Positions 40,056 to 52,139 of a stretch of 64,000 nt of DNA are shown here, piece after piece. A model generated the notes under the pieces. The model ran no database searches. It saw only the letters and a list, made by a program, of their open reading frames with translations, and was not told where the DNA came from. This DNA is from Haliotis rubra (taxonomy: Eukaryota): positions 1,302,001 to 1,366,000 of the forward strand of contig NW_025765714.1 of the NCBI RefSeq assembly GCF_003918875.1, given 5' to 3'. Position numbers and translations under genes: made by a program. How positions within the stretch are numbered: position 1 is the first letter of the stretch; the number at the start of each line of letters is the position of its first letter.

Positions 40056-40160
40056 CATAAGTGCCATGCAAGCTGTGAGGTAGCCACTGCCTGATCCCAC
40101 GTCCAGGGCACGCCCACCCTCCTTCAGGTTCTCCGACAGCAGCTCCAGGGCATGTGCATG
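40056..40160 (-). CDS. PCMT1: PCMT1 exon 3 (SAM-binding motif I)
   Basis: ccag| [35 protein letters not shown] |gtaggc; 105 nt. Confidence 0.95.
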
Positions 40161-41149
40161 CTGGCATGTACAAGAGAGAAGCTCATCACCAGCAGCATAG
40201 TAGTATCACAATGAACTTACCATGGTTCTCAGCAATCTTTCAAAAACAGAAAGGTGTAAGCATCCCTGACAATATGAAAGATAATTAATTAAATAGTCCT
40301 ATTCCACAAACCATTTGTAGCGCTACGATAATCTCAGGTATAAATCTCAAACTTTAGCATAGACTTACAACATATACATTTATTAATAAGTCCATATTCT
40401 CACCCTTTCTGCAGGTGAATCACAACCCTGAAACATTTGTTTCCAAATTTCTGATAGCAAAGATGGGATATTGAAGGTAAGAAACATATAGGCTGCAAAG
40501 CAGCCATATTGGAATTGAGCCTGAAATAAAAAGAGTTTCTGTTGGGTACTACTTTCAGTGTCTAGAAACAAATGTGGCCTTTCTGTATTACAATTACAAA
40601 TTACAGGGATAATTGTTGTCATCAAAATAAGTCTACGATATCAAACAAAGTTGTTTAACAAGGGTGTAGCTGAGGCTTTTTTTCAAGTGCACGCAATATA
40701 TGAGACATAATATTGTGATGCAATGTTAGCAGGTACTCATGTCAGATCAGTTCCTGTCTTCAGGCTCTTTTCCCTGGATTTGGACGGAATATGTCTGCTA
40801 TTTTAACTTTAGGTCATGGTGTGTCCATAACATTACCGCAAGAGTGGACACGGCAGACTCTAAATACACGAGGCATTTCATAGAATAGGAGTAGCTTCCC
40901 TTTGAAAAAGGACAAATATTCGAGGAGACAGACCAATTGATTGAAGCAAAACATAATCAGTAACACTGCTTTAAAAAATATTACTATGAACATATTACAT
41001 GTAGTAATCTGTCTTTCAATCCATGTTGTACTTATGCCACACAAAAAGTAAGTTTCTGTTGGAACAAGGCTTGCTAAATATTTCTAAGTCAGGACATTTA
41101 CCATCCCAGAACAATCATGATATTCTTTACTGATATGATAATTACTTAC

Positions 41150-41286
41150 CATGTGGGGTGCACTAATTGTTACAGCGTATCCTATACTCTGGGGCGAGTC
41201 ATTGTACGGGTTGAACTTGCAGAAGTGTACTCGATCTACAGCCTTCATGACTTGAACAACTTGTGGAGATTTGATTATGCCATTCG
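41150..41286 (-). CDS. PCMT1: PCMT1 exon 2
   Basis: tttcag| [45 protein letters not shown] |gtaagt; PIMT pre-I motif TISAPHM. Confidence 0.95.
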
Positions 41287-41486
41287 CTGAAACAGTCGAA
41301 CTATGCTACATGACAAAAAGAAGTGGGATCTTCACATTTCACATCATATTCAAGGTGCCTATTGTCAACAAAAACTGAAACTGCCCCTTACTGAAATATT
41401 ATATACACTGATGTACAGAAATTGTGAACCCGTCTGTACAATGAGGGCAGGAGTGAGAGCGTGGTAGGTTTGATTCATCTGTGGAA

Positions 41487-43511
41487 AGTGTTTCAGGTAC
41501 ACCACAGCATGTCAGCTGTAAACAGTGTTTCAGGTACACCCCAGCATGTCAGCTGTAAACAGTGATTCAGGTACACCCCAGCATGTCAGCTGTAAACAGT
41601 GTTTCAGGTATACCACAGCATGTCAGCTGTAAACAGTGTTTCAGGTACACCACAGCATGTCAGCTGTAAACAGTGTTTCAGGTACACCACGGCATGTCAG
41701 CTGTAAACAGTGTTTCAGGTATACCACAGCATGTCAGCTGTAAACAGTGTTTCAGGTACACCACGGCATGACAGCTGTAAACAGTGTTTCAGGTATACCA
41801 CAGCATGTCAGCTGTAAACAGTGTTTCAGGTATACCACAGCATGTCAGCTGTAAACAGTGTTTCAGGTACACCACAGCATGTCAGCTGTAAACAGTGTTT
41901 CAGGTACCATACCCCAGCATGTCAGCTGTAAACAGTGTTTCAGGTACACCACAGCATGTCAGCTGTAAACAGTGTTTCAGGTACACCACAGCATGTCAGC
42001 TGTAAACAGTGTTTCAGGTACACCACAGCATGTCAGCTGTAAACAGTGTTTCAGGTACACCACAGCATGTCAGCTGTAAACAGTGTTTCAGGTACACCAC
42101 AGCATGTCAGCTGTAAACAGTGTTTCAGGTATACCACAGCATGTCAGCTGTAAACAGTGTTTCAGGTACACCACAGCATGTCAGCTGTAAACAGTGTTTC
42201 AGGTACACCACAGCATGTCAGCTGTAAACAGTGTTTCAGGTATACCACAGCATGTCAGCTGTAAACAGTGTTTCAGGTACACCACAGCATGTCAGCTGTA
42301 AACAGTGTTTCAGGTACACCACAGCATGTCAGCTGTAAACAGTGTTTCAGGTACACCCACAGCATGTCAGCTGTAAACGGTGTTTCAGGTACACCACAGC
42401 ATGTCAGCTGTAAACAGTGTTTCAGGTACACCACAGCATGTCAGCTGTAAACAGTGTTTCAGGTATACCCCAGCATGTCAGCTGTAAACAGTGTTTCAGG
42501 TACACCACAGCATGTCAGCTGTAAACAGTGTTTCAGGTACACCACAGCATGTCAGCTGTAAACAGTGTTTCAGGTACACCACGGCATGTCAGCTGTAAAC
42601 AGTGTTTCAGGTACACCACAGCATGTCAGCTGTAAACAGTGTTTCAGGTACACCACATGGCATGTCAGCTGTAAACAGTGTTTCAGGTATACCACAGCAT
42701 GTCAGCTGTAAACAGTGTTTCAGGTACACCACAGCATGTCAGCTGTAAACAGTGTTTCAGGTACACCACAGCATGTCAGCTGTAAACAGTGTTTCAGGTA
42801 CACCACAGCATGTCAGCTGTAAACAGTGTTTCAGGTATACCCCAGCATGTCAGCTGTAAACAGTGTTTCAGGTACACCACAGCATGTCAGCTGTAAACAG
42901 TGTTTCAGGTACACCACAGCATGTCAGCTGTAAACAGTGTTTCAGGTACACCACAGCATGTCAGCTATAAACAGTGTTTCAGTTTCAGGTACACATGTCA
43001 GCTGTAAAGACAGTGTAAACAGTGTTTCAGGTATACCACAGCATGTCAGCTGTAAACAGTGTTTCAGGTATACCACAGCATGTCAGCTGTAAACAGTGTT
43101 TCAGGTATACCACAGCATGTCAGCTGTAAACAGTGTTTCAGGTACACCACAGCATGTCAGCTGTAAACAGTGTTTCAGGTACACCACAGCATGTCAGCTG
43201 TAAACAGTGTTTCAGGTATACCACAGCATGTCAGCTGTAAACAGTGTTTCAGGTACACCACAGCATGTCAGCTGTAAACAGTGTTTCAGGTACACCACAG
43301 CATGTCAGCTGTAAACAGTGTTTCAGGTATACCACAGCATGTCAGCTGTAAACAGTGTTTCAGGTACACCACAGCATGTCAGCTGTAAACAGTGTTTCAG
43401 GTATACCACAGCATGTCAGCTGTAAACAGTGTTTCAGGTACACCACAGCATGTCAGCTGTAAACAGTGTTTCAGGTACACCACGGCATGTCAGCTGTAAA
43501 CAGTGTTTCAG
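41487..43511 (+). repeat. 37-bp minisatellite, about 55 copies (PCMT1 intron 1)
   Basis: Unit tacaccacagcatgtcagctgtaaacagtgtttcagg. Confidence 0.97.
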
Positions 43512-44738
43512 TTTCAACAAATGCAGTATTTCAGCTATAAAAGGGCAATCCTCTGGAAGAGACAATCCAGTGATTGACATAATCACCATTGATCTTTGCA
43601 ACTGACATACGATGACAAGCATCATATTGTCACTCGATGTTGGGACAAGCATTGGTTGCTGAAGTCTGATTCTAGCCCACAGCTTCACAGGTGGACATAT
43701 TAAGTATTGCTGATGGCAAAGGTAAACAGTACATTGCTGATGGCAAAGGTAAACAGTAATACTGTCTTAGCATTGTTGAACCAAGACATCAGTGTATTGA
43801 AACCTAACTGGGTGAAATAAATGCACTGTAAGATATTTATCAGTGGGATGTTGCTTAATTTGGATGGAGTAAAATATGAAAGAAATATGCAAATGTACAT
43901 GTTTTTATTCATTTTGATTTCTTCTAGATAAACATCGTATCGTTCTGTGGTTTGAATATTTTTACTAAAGTTAAATACTCTTAATAATACACTTATACAA
44001 AACTGTTAACTGTTGATTCTGATCTGGTAAGTAATAAGTGTGCTCAGTGAAATAAAATCTTTTTTCTTTCTTTTTACAATATTTTGAATACAGACCAGCA
44101 AATACTTTTGACACTAACAGCTATGATCGTGATCGAGGCAAAGAAATTCACGTAAGTGGATGTAGATATCAGTCCTAGCCCCACAGTAGTTCCAAATACA
44201 CCACAAACAAGTACTTTGACATTTCATTTTCAAGACTCATCATCACCTTCTTATCATTTCCAATTACTGAAATGTCAATCCCTTCTGTCATGTCGAAATA
44301 CAAACTTGAGAAATCTTATAATGCAATACATTTTGACATAAATAACATAGAAGTAAATCATGAGATTAGTTGGAATATAATTTAAGACAACGCTAAGGAC
44401 CCTCAGCACAAGCTTTCAGAAACACATTTAATACTTTCATGTACAAGCTTCAATAATTCCCAGATATAATACTTTTCAACAATTCATTTACCAGCTTCTG
44501 CACATGTCACACAAATAAACCTACAAACCACCGCAACATGATTTCTGTGATTAGGTATGCACACGTCATCAGTTGTGAAACAATAATAGAGCAAACAATA
44601 TGTTTGCTACTACACCTAGCCTAATCCTAGCCGTATTGTGTAAGGCATGGGTTTTGAAACATAAAGTCATATGAAGGCGACAGGCATATATTGATATGTG
44701 GAGCTAAGCATACAAACATACTTAAAACAGGCAGGAAG

Positions 44739-45153
44739 TAGTGGTGTTCCGATTAATTGAAATAATCGCAAGATTGGTCGAAGTGACCAAACAACCAAGC
44801 AATCGATCACATTTTCTCATGATCGAAAATAAACGATTTTGGAACTACTGTTTAAGTCTTTGAAATACTTGACAATGGAACATATCTTAGAAGTTGTCAG
44901 GGCCTGAAAACATGTTTTATTCTTAGAAAACTCACTTCGTTAACTGAAAAGTCATGACTGATTATTTCTCTAAGACTCCAGGAAGTTTATGTTCATGATA
45001 TATTAGTAGTAAGTTGCATCATGTTATACTTTTCTGCAATAACAACCTGGGTAGGAAAATCTGAAAAATGACGCTTACCAATTTTTTTCAACGATTGTTC
45101 GTTGGTAATGAAGCAATCATCAGTTGTAAGATTTCAACCAATTCCCAACACTA
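44739..45153. mobile_element. hAT-like MITE, copy 2 (PCMT1 intron 1)
   Basis: Shares ccgattaattgaaataatcg...aaacaaccaagcaat with copy 1; flanks gcaggaag / gtaggaac match 6/8. Confidence 0.8.
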
Positions 45154-45760
45154 GTAGGAACATGATGTAAGTGTGACTGCCTCTTCACATTACTAAATTA
45201 TGTTATATGTCTCATTTGTTATTTCAAAATCCAAGATAAACATGTTAAATAATTCCTACCATGTTTTGCATAACAATTTTATGGATGAAATGTTCGAACT
45301 TTACAACTGGTGTATTAAAGATTTGGTGAACATATTGTAAAGTTGTGCCCAATATTTATTTATCTCAGGTATAATTCAAACAACTGAATCTGTTACATAC
45401 AAGTGCACAATCATACTACTACAACCACACAAGGCTAAATATATTCTCATTCATGTTAATAATCTAAACACCAACGAAAATGCATAATGTGCATCTGTGC
45501 ATGATCAGCAGAATAATAACACTGATGACATCAAACAACCAAATAACCAAAATTAAACATATTCTCTAACCAACCAGGAGTGCGTCCAATCGTGAATTTC
45601 AAACATCTAAAATATGTAACTGCTCTTAAAAATCATAATCAAATGAAACGAAGGCTATTTCTAACATTCCACACATAGGCTCGTGTGGAATGTCACAGAA
45701 GCTTGTCGAACACAAAACAAAACAATAACACATCTATTGATGTCGATGCATTTCGCTTAC

Positions 45761-45815
45761 CATGCAAGTTGTCTACGAGGTTGGAATTGCTGGTACCGCT
45801 CGATCTCCACGCCAT
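45761..45815 (-). CDS. PCMT1: PCMT1 exon 1 from the canonical ATG (in-frame upstream ATG at 45890)
   Basis: MAWRSSGTSNSNLVDNLH, the typical PIMT N-terminus; donor G|gtaagc; 55 nt. Confidence 0.93.
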
Positions 45816-46654
45816 TGTTGACCGGGGCACCACAGCAAAGACGAAAGTCACTGAACTTAAAACGACAGCTTTCAGTCTGTCCCAAAACATCACATATCCC
45901 AATGATTCCAGCTAATGGCCATCGCCATTACTCGGCGAAACTACAAAATACAAGAAAAGCATTGCTCATGTAGTTACTATAATTTGAAAGTTTAGTTAAT
46001 AATGTACTGCTTGCAACTGTTGTCAAATTGCCATTGGTATATTTGATGACGCTTACGCGTTTAAACTGACACGCGCACTCACAGACCAGCCCCCATTACT
46101 GACCTTGACCGCCGACGATGACCTTCACCTTTGGGCGACAGGTGCTCATCATTCACGAATGGACGATAAAAGCATACCGCTACATTGACGTACATTCAAA
46201 AGACGCACACTCTTGTAGGTTGGAATTTCGGAGACCATTTATCAAGGAAATAATACGCTTCGAGTAGAAAATATCTCGTGACCTTTGCCGCACGGATAAC
46301 GTAAAAATAAACTGCCCCTATGTCTGTGTATAACATGAGCTATGGAGCCTCTATAAATATCTGTAAGGAAAATATTTTGCCTTCCTTTACGGAGCCAAGA
46401 TCAATTTATATAAAATTTCCTTCTCCTGAAAAAGAATGTTTACCGTTCATCTTTTTTCAACAGATATTCGGGTTGATCACAAATTATCGCTTTTTCCATA
46501 AGCATTAAAGTAACATGGATCACAAAATCAGTCAATCTAACATTGAAGAACCAGACGTAGCATAGCTTGAACTGATTTGATGAACAGACAAGTTTCATAT
46601 ATAAATGTGAAATACATATCCAGTAGGTGTTTTAATCTATAAAAAATAATAGTG

Positions 46655-46771
46655 TTTAGCAATAAATATTCCAGCAATGTCACGGCTGGGGGACACCAGA
46701 AATAGGCTTCACACATTGTACCCATGTGGGGAATCAGACCCAGATATTCAGCGTAACGAGCGAACGCTTTA
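46655..46771 (-). mobile_element. SINE family A, partial
   Basis: Reverse complement of the body (ggacaccagaaataggcttcacacattgtacccatgtgggga). Confidence 0.8.
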
Positions 46772-46853
46772 AATAACAACTTGGCTATAATTAGTATGTA
46801 TAAGCAGATTAATAAGTAATTGTTTTGTTTCGTTAATATTTCATATTATCTTA

Positions 46854-47165
46854 AGGGACCGTTCATAACTTATGGCTCGGGGATGGGGGTGGAGTGTGGG
46901 GTGGGGTGTGATGATGTTAGGGGTGGGTGGGTGCTGTGTTATTTTAACCCGTTATGTCCCGAGGAGGTGGGGGGCATCAATTTTGTACACATGTACTGGA
47001 ATATTAAAAACACTATGCTTACAAATTATGGGGGGGATTGATTTTGTTTGTATATGACATGCAGGGTGTCACTTACTTTGTACTTAATGTTGTTGTTTTT
47101 TGGGGGGCGGTGGGGGTGGGGTCATTCACATTGTCCATGCTTCTCCATGCAAATCATATTCACCC
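46854..47165 (+). mobile_element. Dispersed G-tract repeat, copy 1 (probable non-autonomous DNA transposon)
   Basis: agggaccgttcat...tatggct start; shares several colinear blocks with 55876-56167. Confidence 0.6.
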
Positions 47166-47302
47166 CTCCAAGCCATACCATTATGTTTAGGATCCAAGTA
47201 ATCAAGGTAACATGGAGTGGGTAGCTGTAAATCATGATTGGCCACGGGCACCTTAAAAGTGTGCAACCAAAAGTGTAATTAGTAGTTGTTTCTTTCCAAT
47301 AC

Positions 47303-47546
47303 CGGTGAAGATCCAGGTTAGAATAGATCTTCAGTAACCCATGCTTGCCGTAAGAGGCGACTATAACGGATCGGGGTGGTCAGGCTCGCTGACTTGGTTG
47401 ACACATGTCATCGTATCCCAATTGTGTAGATCGATGCTCATGCTGTTGAGCACAGGATTGTCTGGTGCAGACACGATTATTTACAGACCAACGCCATATA
47501 GCTGGAATATTGCTCAGTGCGGCGTAAAACTAAACTCACTCACTCA
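47303..47546 (+). mobile_element. SINE family B (different body, same 3' tail as family A)
   Basis: Body ccatgcttgccgtaagaggcgacta; tail gctggaatattgct...gcggcgtaaaactaaactcactcactca; TSD tctttccaa. Confidence 0.8.
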
Positions 47547-47755
47547 TCTTTCCAAAATATTTTAACAACGCGGGGATAAAACGTTTACCATTTAAGAAAA
47601 CATAATGATTCACTTTCACTTTCGCCGTAAACAAAATACATACGATATACAAATGAAGATGTCCGCCTATATTTTTCGGCTGATTGGTGAACGGCCGTGA
47701 ACAACGTCATATACGAGGACATGATGATGACGTCATTCAATATTCAAAACATCAC

Positions 47756-47926
47756 GGGGCGGTGGGGTAGCCTAGTGGTTAAAGCGTTAGCTCGTCACGC
47801 CGTAGACCCGGGTTCTATTCCCCACATGGGTACAATGTGTGAAGCCCATTTCTGGTGTCCCCCGTCGTGATATTGCTGGAACATTGCTAAAAGCGGCGCA
47901 AAACTAAAGTCACTCACTCACTCACA
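47756..47926 (+). mobile_element. SINE family A
   Basis: Full length, with TSD caaaacatcac / caaaacatcgc. Confidence 0.9.
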
Positions 47927-49271
47927 CAAAACATCGCAGGTTCTTCCGTCTGATATCCCATGATACTTAATTGTAAGGTATTCTCAAATCAACTGTTATC
48001 ATGGAAAATCAAATGTGTTTCATGCAACAATAAATGTAAAATCTACTACAAACTACGGAAACTCCTATATGCCATGGTAAAAATATACATAGCGTGTCAC
48101 GTTTCCTCGCAATAGAGTCTCGGCGAGTCATTTGGATCAGGTATAGCCGTTCCTTCAATGAAAGTCTTGCTTGCAAGGACACAACGATATGGTGTGTTAT
48201 CTTTGTATTTTTATAAATATTCATACATTCAACGACGACTTATGAAGTATTTTCAGTTTAAAAACTATTGGTCAGATTTGTATAGATTTATAACGACTCG
48301 TCGCTCCAGTATTGTATCAGTGCGAAATGTGTGTTGAATGGGTTCAGCAGATGGGAACTAACATGTACAGCTTCAGAACCTGTCAATCATTTCATCTGCT
48401 CCGAGGAGTAATTTTAATCACTTGGCAATAGAATCAATGAAGATGTGTGGTTTTACTGAATTCAGTCTGTTATCTGCAAAGTACTTATCTAGTTTTATGG
48501 ATGTTTAATGTGTTAGGAACATATTACCAAATTGTGATCACTGTGATAATCGACGTTGGGCTTTTTTCTGGTTTTCTGACGAATGGAAGTTTAACCTCGA
48601 CGTTTTCTGGCCATAAAAATCGATTTTGGAAACGTCCCAATGCAGCATTTTCACAGCTCGATCGTTGTGTGGGTGGGTCCATAAGGGTACCATGTGGTAT
48701 GTCAATGACTGACCATTCTGTGTTCCGTATTTTCCATTGCAGAGTCACGGGTCAGTACTTTCAGGACAACGTTATCGCATCACGTTGGTGCTGCTTGAAT
48801 ATTACTCACCACAAGGTATAGGTAACTATTGTCTTGTCTTGGGGATATTTTTGTAAGTTGCTGCACAAATCGAGGTTTGAAACAGTCGAGAGGCATTGCT
48901 GATTTCTCGATCAGGTGTCAAATAAATGGTAGCAATTGGCTGTCTTAAATGAGTGAAACCAGAGACCAATGCATATACATGTACATGTAATTAATTGTCT
49001 CTGCTGAAACAGTAGACTATTGCTTAGTCTCTGCATATATATAGTTTTGATAGTAACAAACAAGCCCATTTAACTTGAAAAGGAGCCCCAGGGAAACCAG
49101 AGATAGGGTTTTAGCATTGCAGGGAGGGCTAGGCACTGTAGGCAGTAGGGAAAATAATATGGTTCAGTGGACTGACAGACTTGCGCTGTATACCCAGGGA
49201 CCCAGACTGGAGTCACTATGGGGTTCGACAGTTAAGACTTGACGTACCCATGATTTATACCTACTATCAGT

Positions 49272-49406
49272 CAGGGGCGCAGGAACGGTTTTCGGGGGGG
49301 GGGGAGAGAAAGCTAATTTATGAAAAGTTATGAAAATCAAAATCAAATTGTAGTTATGGTAAGGTAGATATGGTTTCGTCTTGAAAAAAGTGTTCCTACG
49401 CCCCTG
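49272..49406. mobile_element. 135-bp MITE with related CAGGGGCG termini
   Basis: caggggcgcaggaac / gttcctacgcccctg TIRs; flanks tcagt / tcaat. Confidence 0.7.
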
Positions 49407-50130
49407 TCAATACTGTATATACAAGAAAACAATTCTTATGATGACATATCTGACTAGACAATATAGAAATGAAATCATTTCCATGTTAACGCCTTGAGCA
49501 TGTGTCTTCCATCAACAGTTACTGCTCGTGATTGGGTCGTCTGCTGACACTGAGGAGCACGGGTTGTTTGTCCCGGGGAATATATGGAGGCATGACAAGA
49601 GTGGTTATGCACCTCCTTCTACGGTGACAGTTACATAAGATAAAGTACAGAAACTTAAATGTTAAACTGCCTGGTGCAATGCCCTTAATAAAATATATAT
49701 CTACGTCTTTGCATAATCCTAATCACCGCAGCCATATAAACATATGAACTTATGTACAAACCGAAGGAAACTGACGTTAATATATTTTAGATTGAACATT
49801 GACACATAGTACCATTATGACTGATAGCACCAATTCTAAACAGATGACAAATACAATTAGTGCTATGAAGACTGACGACATTGCTGAAACCGCTTGCAAT
49901 ACAAGGGAAATAACTCTGCAAAGCTTATAGGATCATGTTCCACCAGACAAGGCGACCGGGTAACAATGTTGTACATGTGAATGTTTTAGGTTCCTCCAGG
50001 CAATAAGATTTACAACATTGTCTTATTTCTAATAGTGTGAAATAAGAAAAGGTAATCTTCTATTATTCACTTACAGTGTAACAGATTGTTTCTTGACTTC
50101 TTTGAGTGGCATTTTAGAAGTTGGAAGTCA

Positions 50131-50308
50131 GATAGAACAAGTATATATGGATGACAACTTCTTTTATTCTAGAGCACAACGTTTCGATACAGGTTCTTGT
50201 ATTGTTTTCAAGTCATTCATTCTTACTTGAAAACGATACAAGAACCTGTATCGAAACGTCGTGCTCTAGAATAAAAGAAGTTGTCATCCATATAATATTT
50301 GTTCTATC
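50131..50308. repeat. Near-perfect ~180-bp palindrome resembling inverted Penelope-like element termini
   Basis: Arms of about 83 bp around an ~11-nt spacer; each strand reads cttgaaaac-gatacaag..ctgtatc-gaaacgt..aataaa. Confidence 0.85.
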
Positions 50309-50962
50309 AGATTGTTTATTATTTGAGAATTTGTGAATTTGTGAATTAGTGAATTTGTACTCTTAAAGTATGTTCAATTGTAAAACAATTATTGTATAAA
50401 ATTCTTTGAACAGCATTTAGAACTGATACACATAAAAGGAGAGAATTTATGGATATCAACTTCTTTATTATGCAATAGTTCATGCAAAATATCAGTGACA
50501 GCAGAACAATTGTGGGCACATGACTGGGGCTAATAAGCATATCATCACAATACCTACAAAGGTGGAAATATGCTGATGCTACTAAATGTACAATAAACTA
50601 ACTTCCTCACACAATGCTGTGGCATGTGTGGACCATATTGCATATAATATGTGGATTACATTATTATTATTTTTGGATATTTATATAGCGCACATATCAG
50701 AAATAGAAAAAAACTGTTGTTAGGTTGTTACTCTGTATCCCTAAAATTGACAAATTTACAAATAGCATATATCGAAATAACCCACATCGGCCTAACTGGG
50801 CATTCAGTGGGATGCGTCGTAATATGATATCCAGAAAAGCATGTTTACTCGTAAAATCAGGCAAAAGATCGGACTATAGATCGCAATTAGGTCGCTCAGC
50901 CAGGTATGACGACGGACCGTCGACTCACCTGGCATGAAATGCACGTCCTGCCTACATACACA

Positions 50963-51290
50963 AGGGGTCATCTCAAAGATATTTTATGCTTTTTCATGTG
51001 TGTTGAATATGTCTCCTCTATTGATCATAAAGTTTATGTTGAGATATGTAAAAGGGTATGATACCCATGGAAAAGCTTAAATCAGCCATCATATTAACTG
51101 TCTCAAAATATATAGGTGGCATGAGCACCCAAAGATCAACAGGACTGGATATTATTTGTAAATTGCCGTTTGCTTCCCAGTTTAATTCCCCTAAAGAATT
51201 ATCGTATCTCAGCTTATATCTCTATCCCCCAGCCCGACCCCAACCACCATCTGCGACACCCGTCATGGATTTGCTTTTGAGACGACCCCT
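50963..51290. mobile_element. Mariner-like MITE
   Basis: TIRs aggggtcatctcaaa / tttgagacgacccct with one mismatch. Confidence 0.5.
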
Positions 51291-51754
51291 CCTACCTGTT
51301 TCTTTTTATAGTGATGGCAGCTACATCCTTAATAGTTTCAGTATTAAAGTTATTATTTTATACGTCAGCTATCATTTATAATGAAGCTAAGTTTAATTTC
51401 AAAGTGGACATTTAATAATTGTCCTTTGTAATATAATATCATCACACACTAATTTGCATAAAGCCATGGCCTGTTTTAAATAAGTCACTTTGGACTTAGA
51501 GAAGACCCGCATTTCTCATTTCTGCACCAATCTCTCCTCAGTAAAGTCCTTTTCTACTTTTCCTATCTCCCTACCACTGAGACTGTAGTTAGGCCGAACT
51601 TAGTTTAACAGATATTTCACACTTACACATATTAGCTACATAAGTTGTAGATATCAATGCGAAAAAATGTTTTTTTTCTATTTCTGACAGTACTTTAGTG
51701 CATGCTTAAGGTGCTGGTATTTTTCCCCTCGATCATTGGATGTCAATCTTAAAG

Positions 51755-52139
51755 GCACATTTTATTATCAGTCTCAGCTCCCTGGGGAGTATACAACTCT
51801 TGCTACCACAAGGCGCACTGAGTTATTGCGTCTTTCCCATCCTTACGAGGTACCCATTCACAGCTGGGTGGACTGGGACACATAGTCACAGTACTTTGTC
51901 CAAGTTTACTGTACGTTGCTGTACCCGCAACCATCTGGTCATATACCAACGGATTCGTGTGTTTTTTACGTGCACAGGGTTGTGTACTGTACACTAGGGG
52001 TTGTGACAACACTGAAAGAGTCTGCATACAAAGCTGACTCCATGGTTTTTACACCTGGTCACAGGTGGGCTCGATCCTGGCACCTCATGCTCGCTGGATC
52101 ACTAGCCTGGCACCTTAGCCAGCTCGCCCACCACGCCCC
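51755..52139 (-). mobile_element. Longer tRNA-headed SINE (family C)
   Basis: Minus strand starts ggggcgtggtgggcgagctggctaagg...ggatcgagcccacc (A/B-box-like) and contains gtccacccagctgtgaatgggtacc, which resembles a conserved SINE core. The 3' end is approximate. Confidence 0.55.

Noticed and set aside
47756-47830. tRNA genes
   Set aside because: tRNA-like heads continue into shared SINE bodies with tails and TSDs; no complete cloverleaf.
48447-48821. Possible first exon of a gene divergent from PCMT1 (NUP43 occupies this position in human); donor-like AAG|gtatag at 48815
   Set aside because: No frame convincingly resembles NUP43 or any protein I recognise, and no downstream exon was found. 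Not excluded; RNA-seq would decide.
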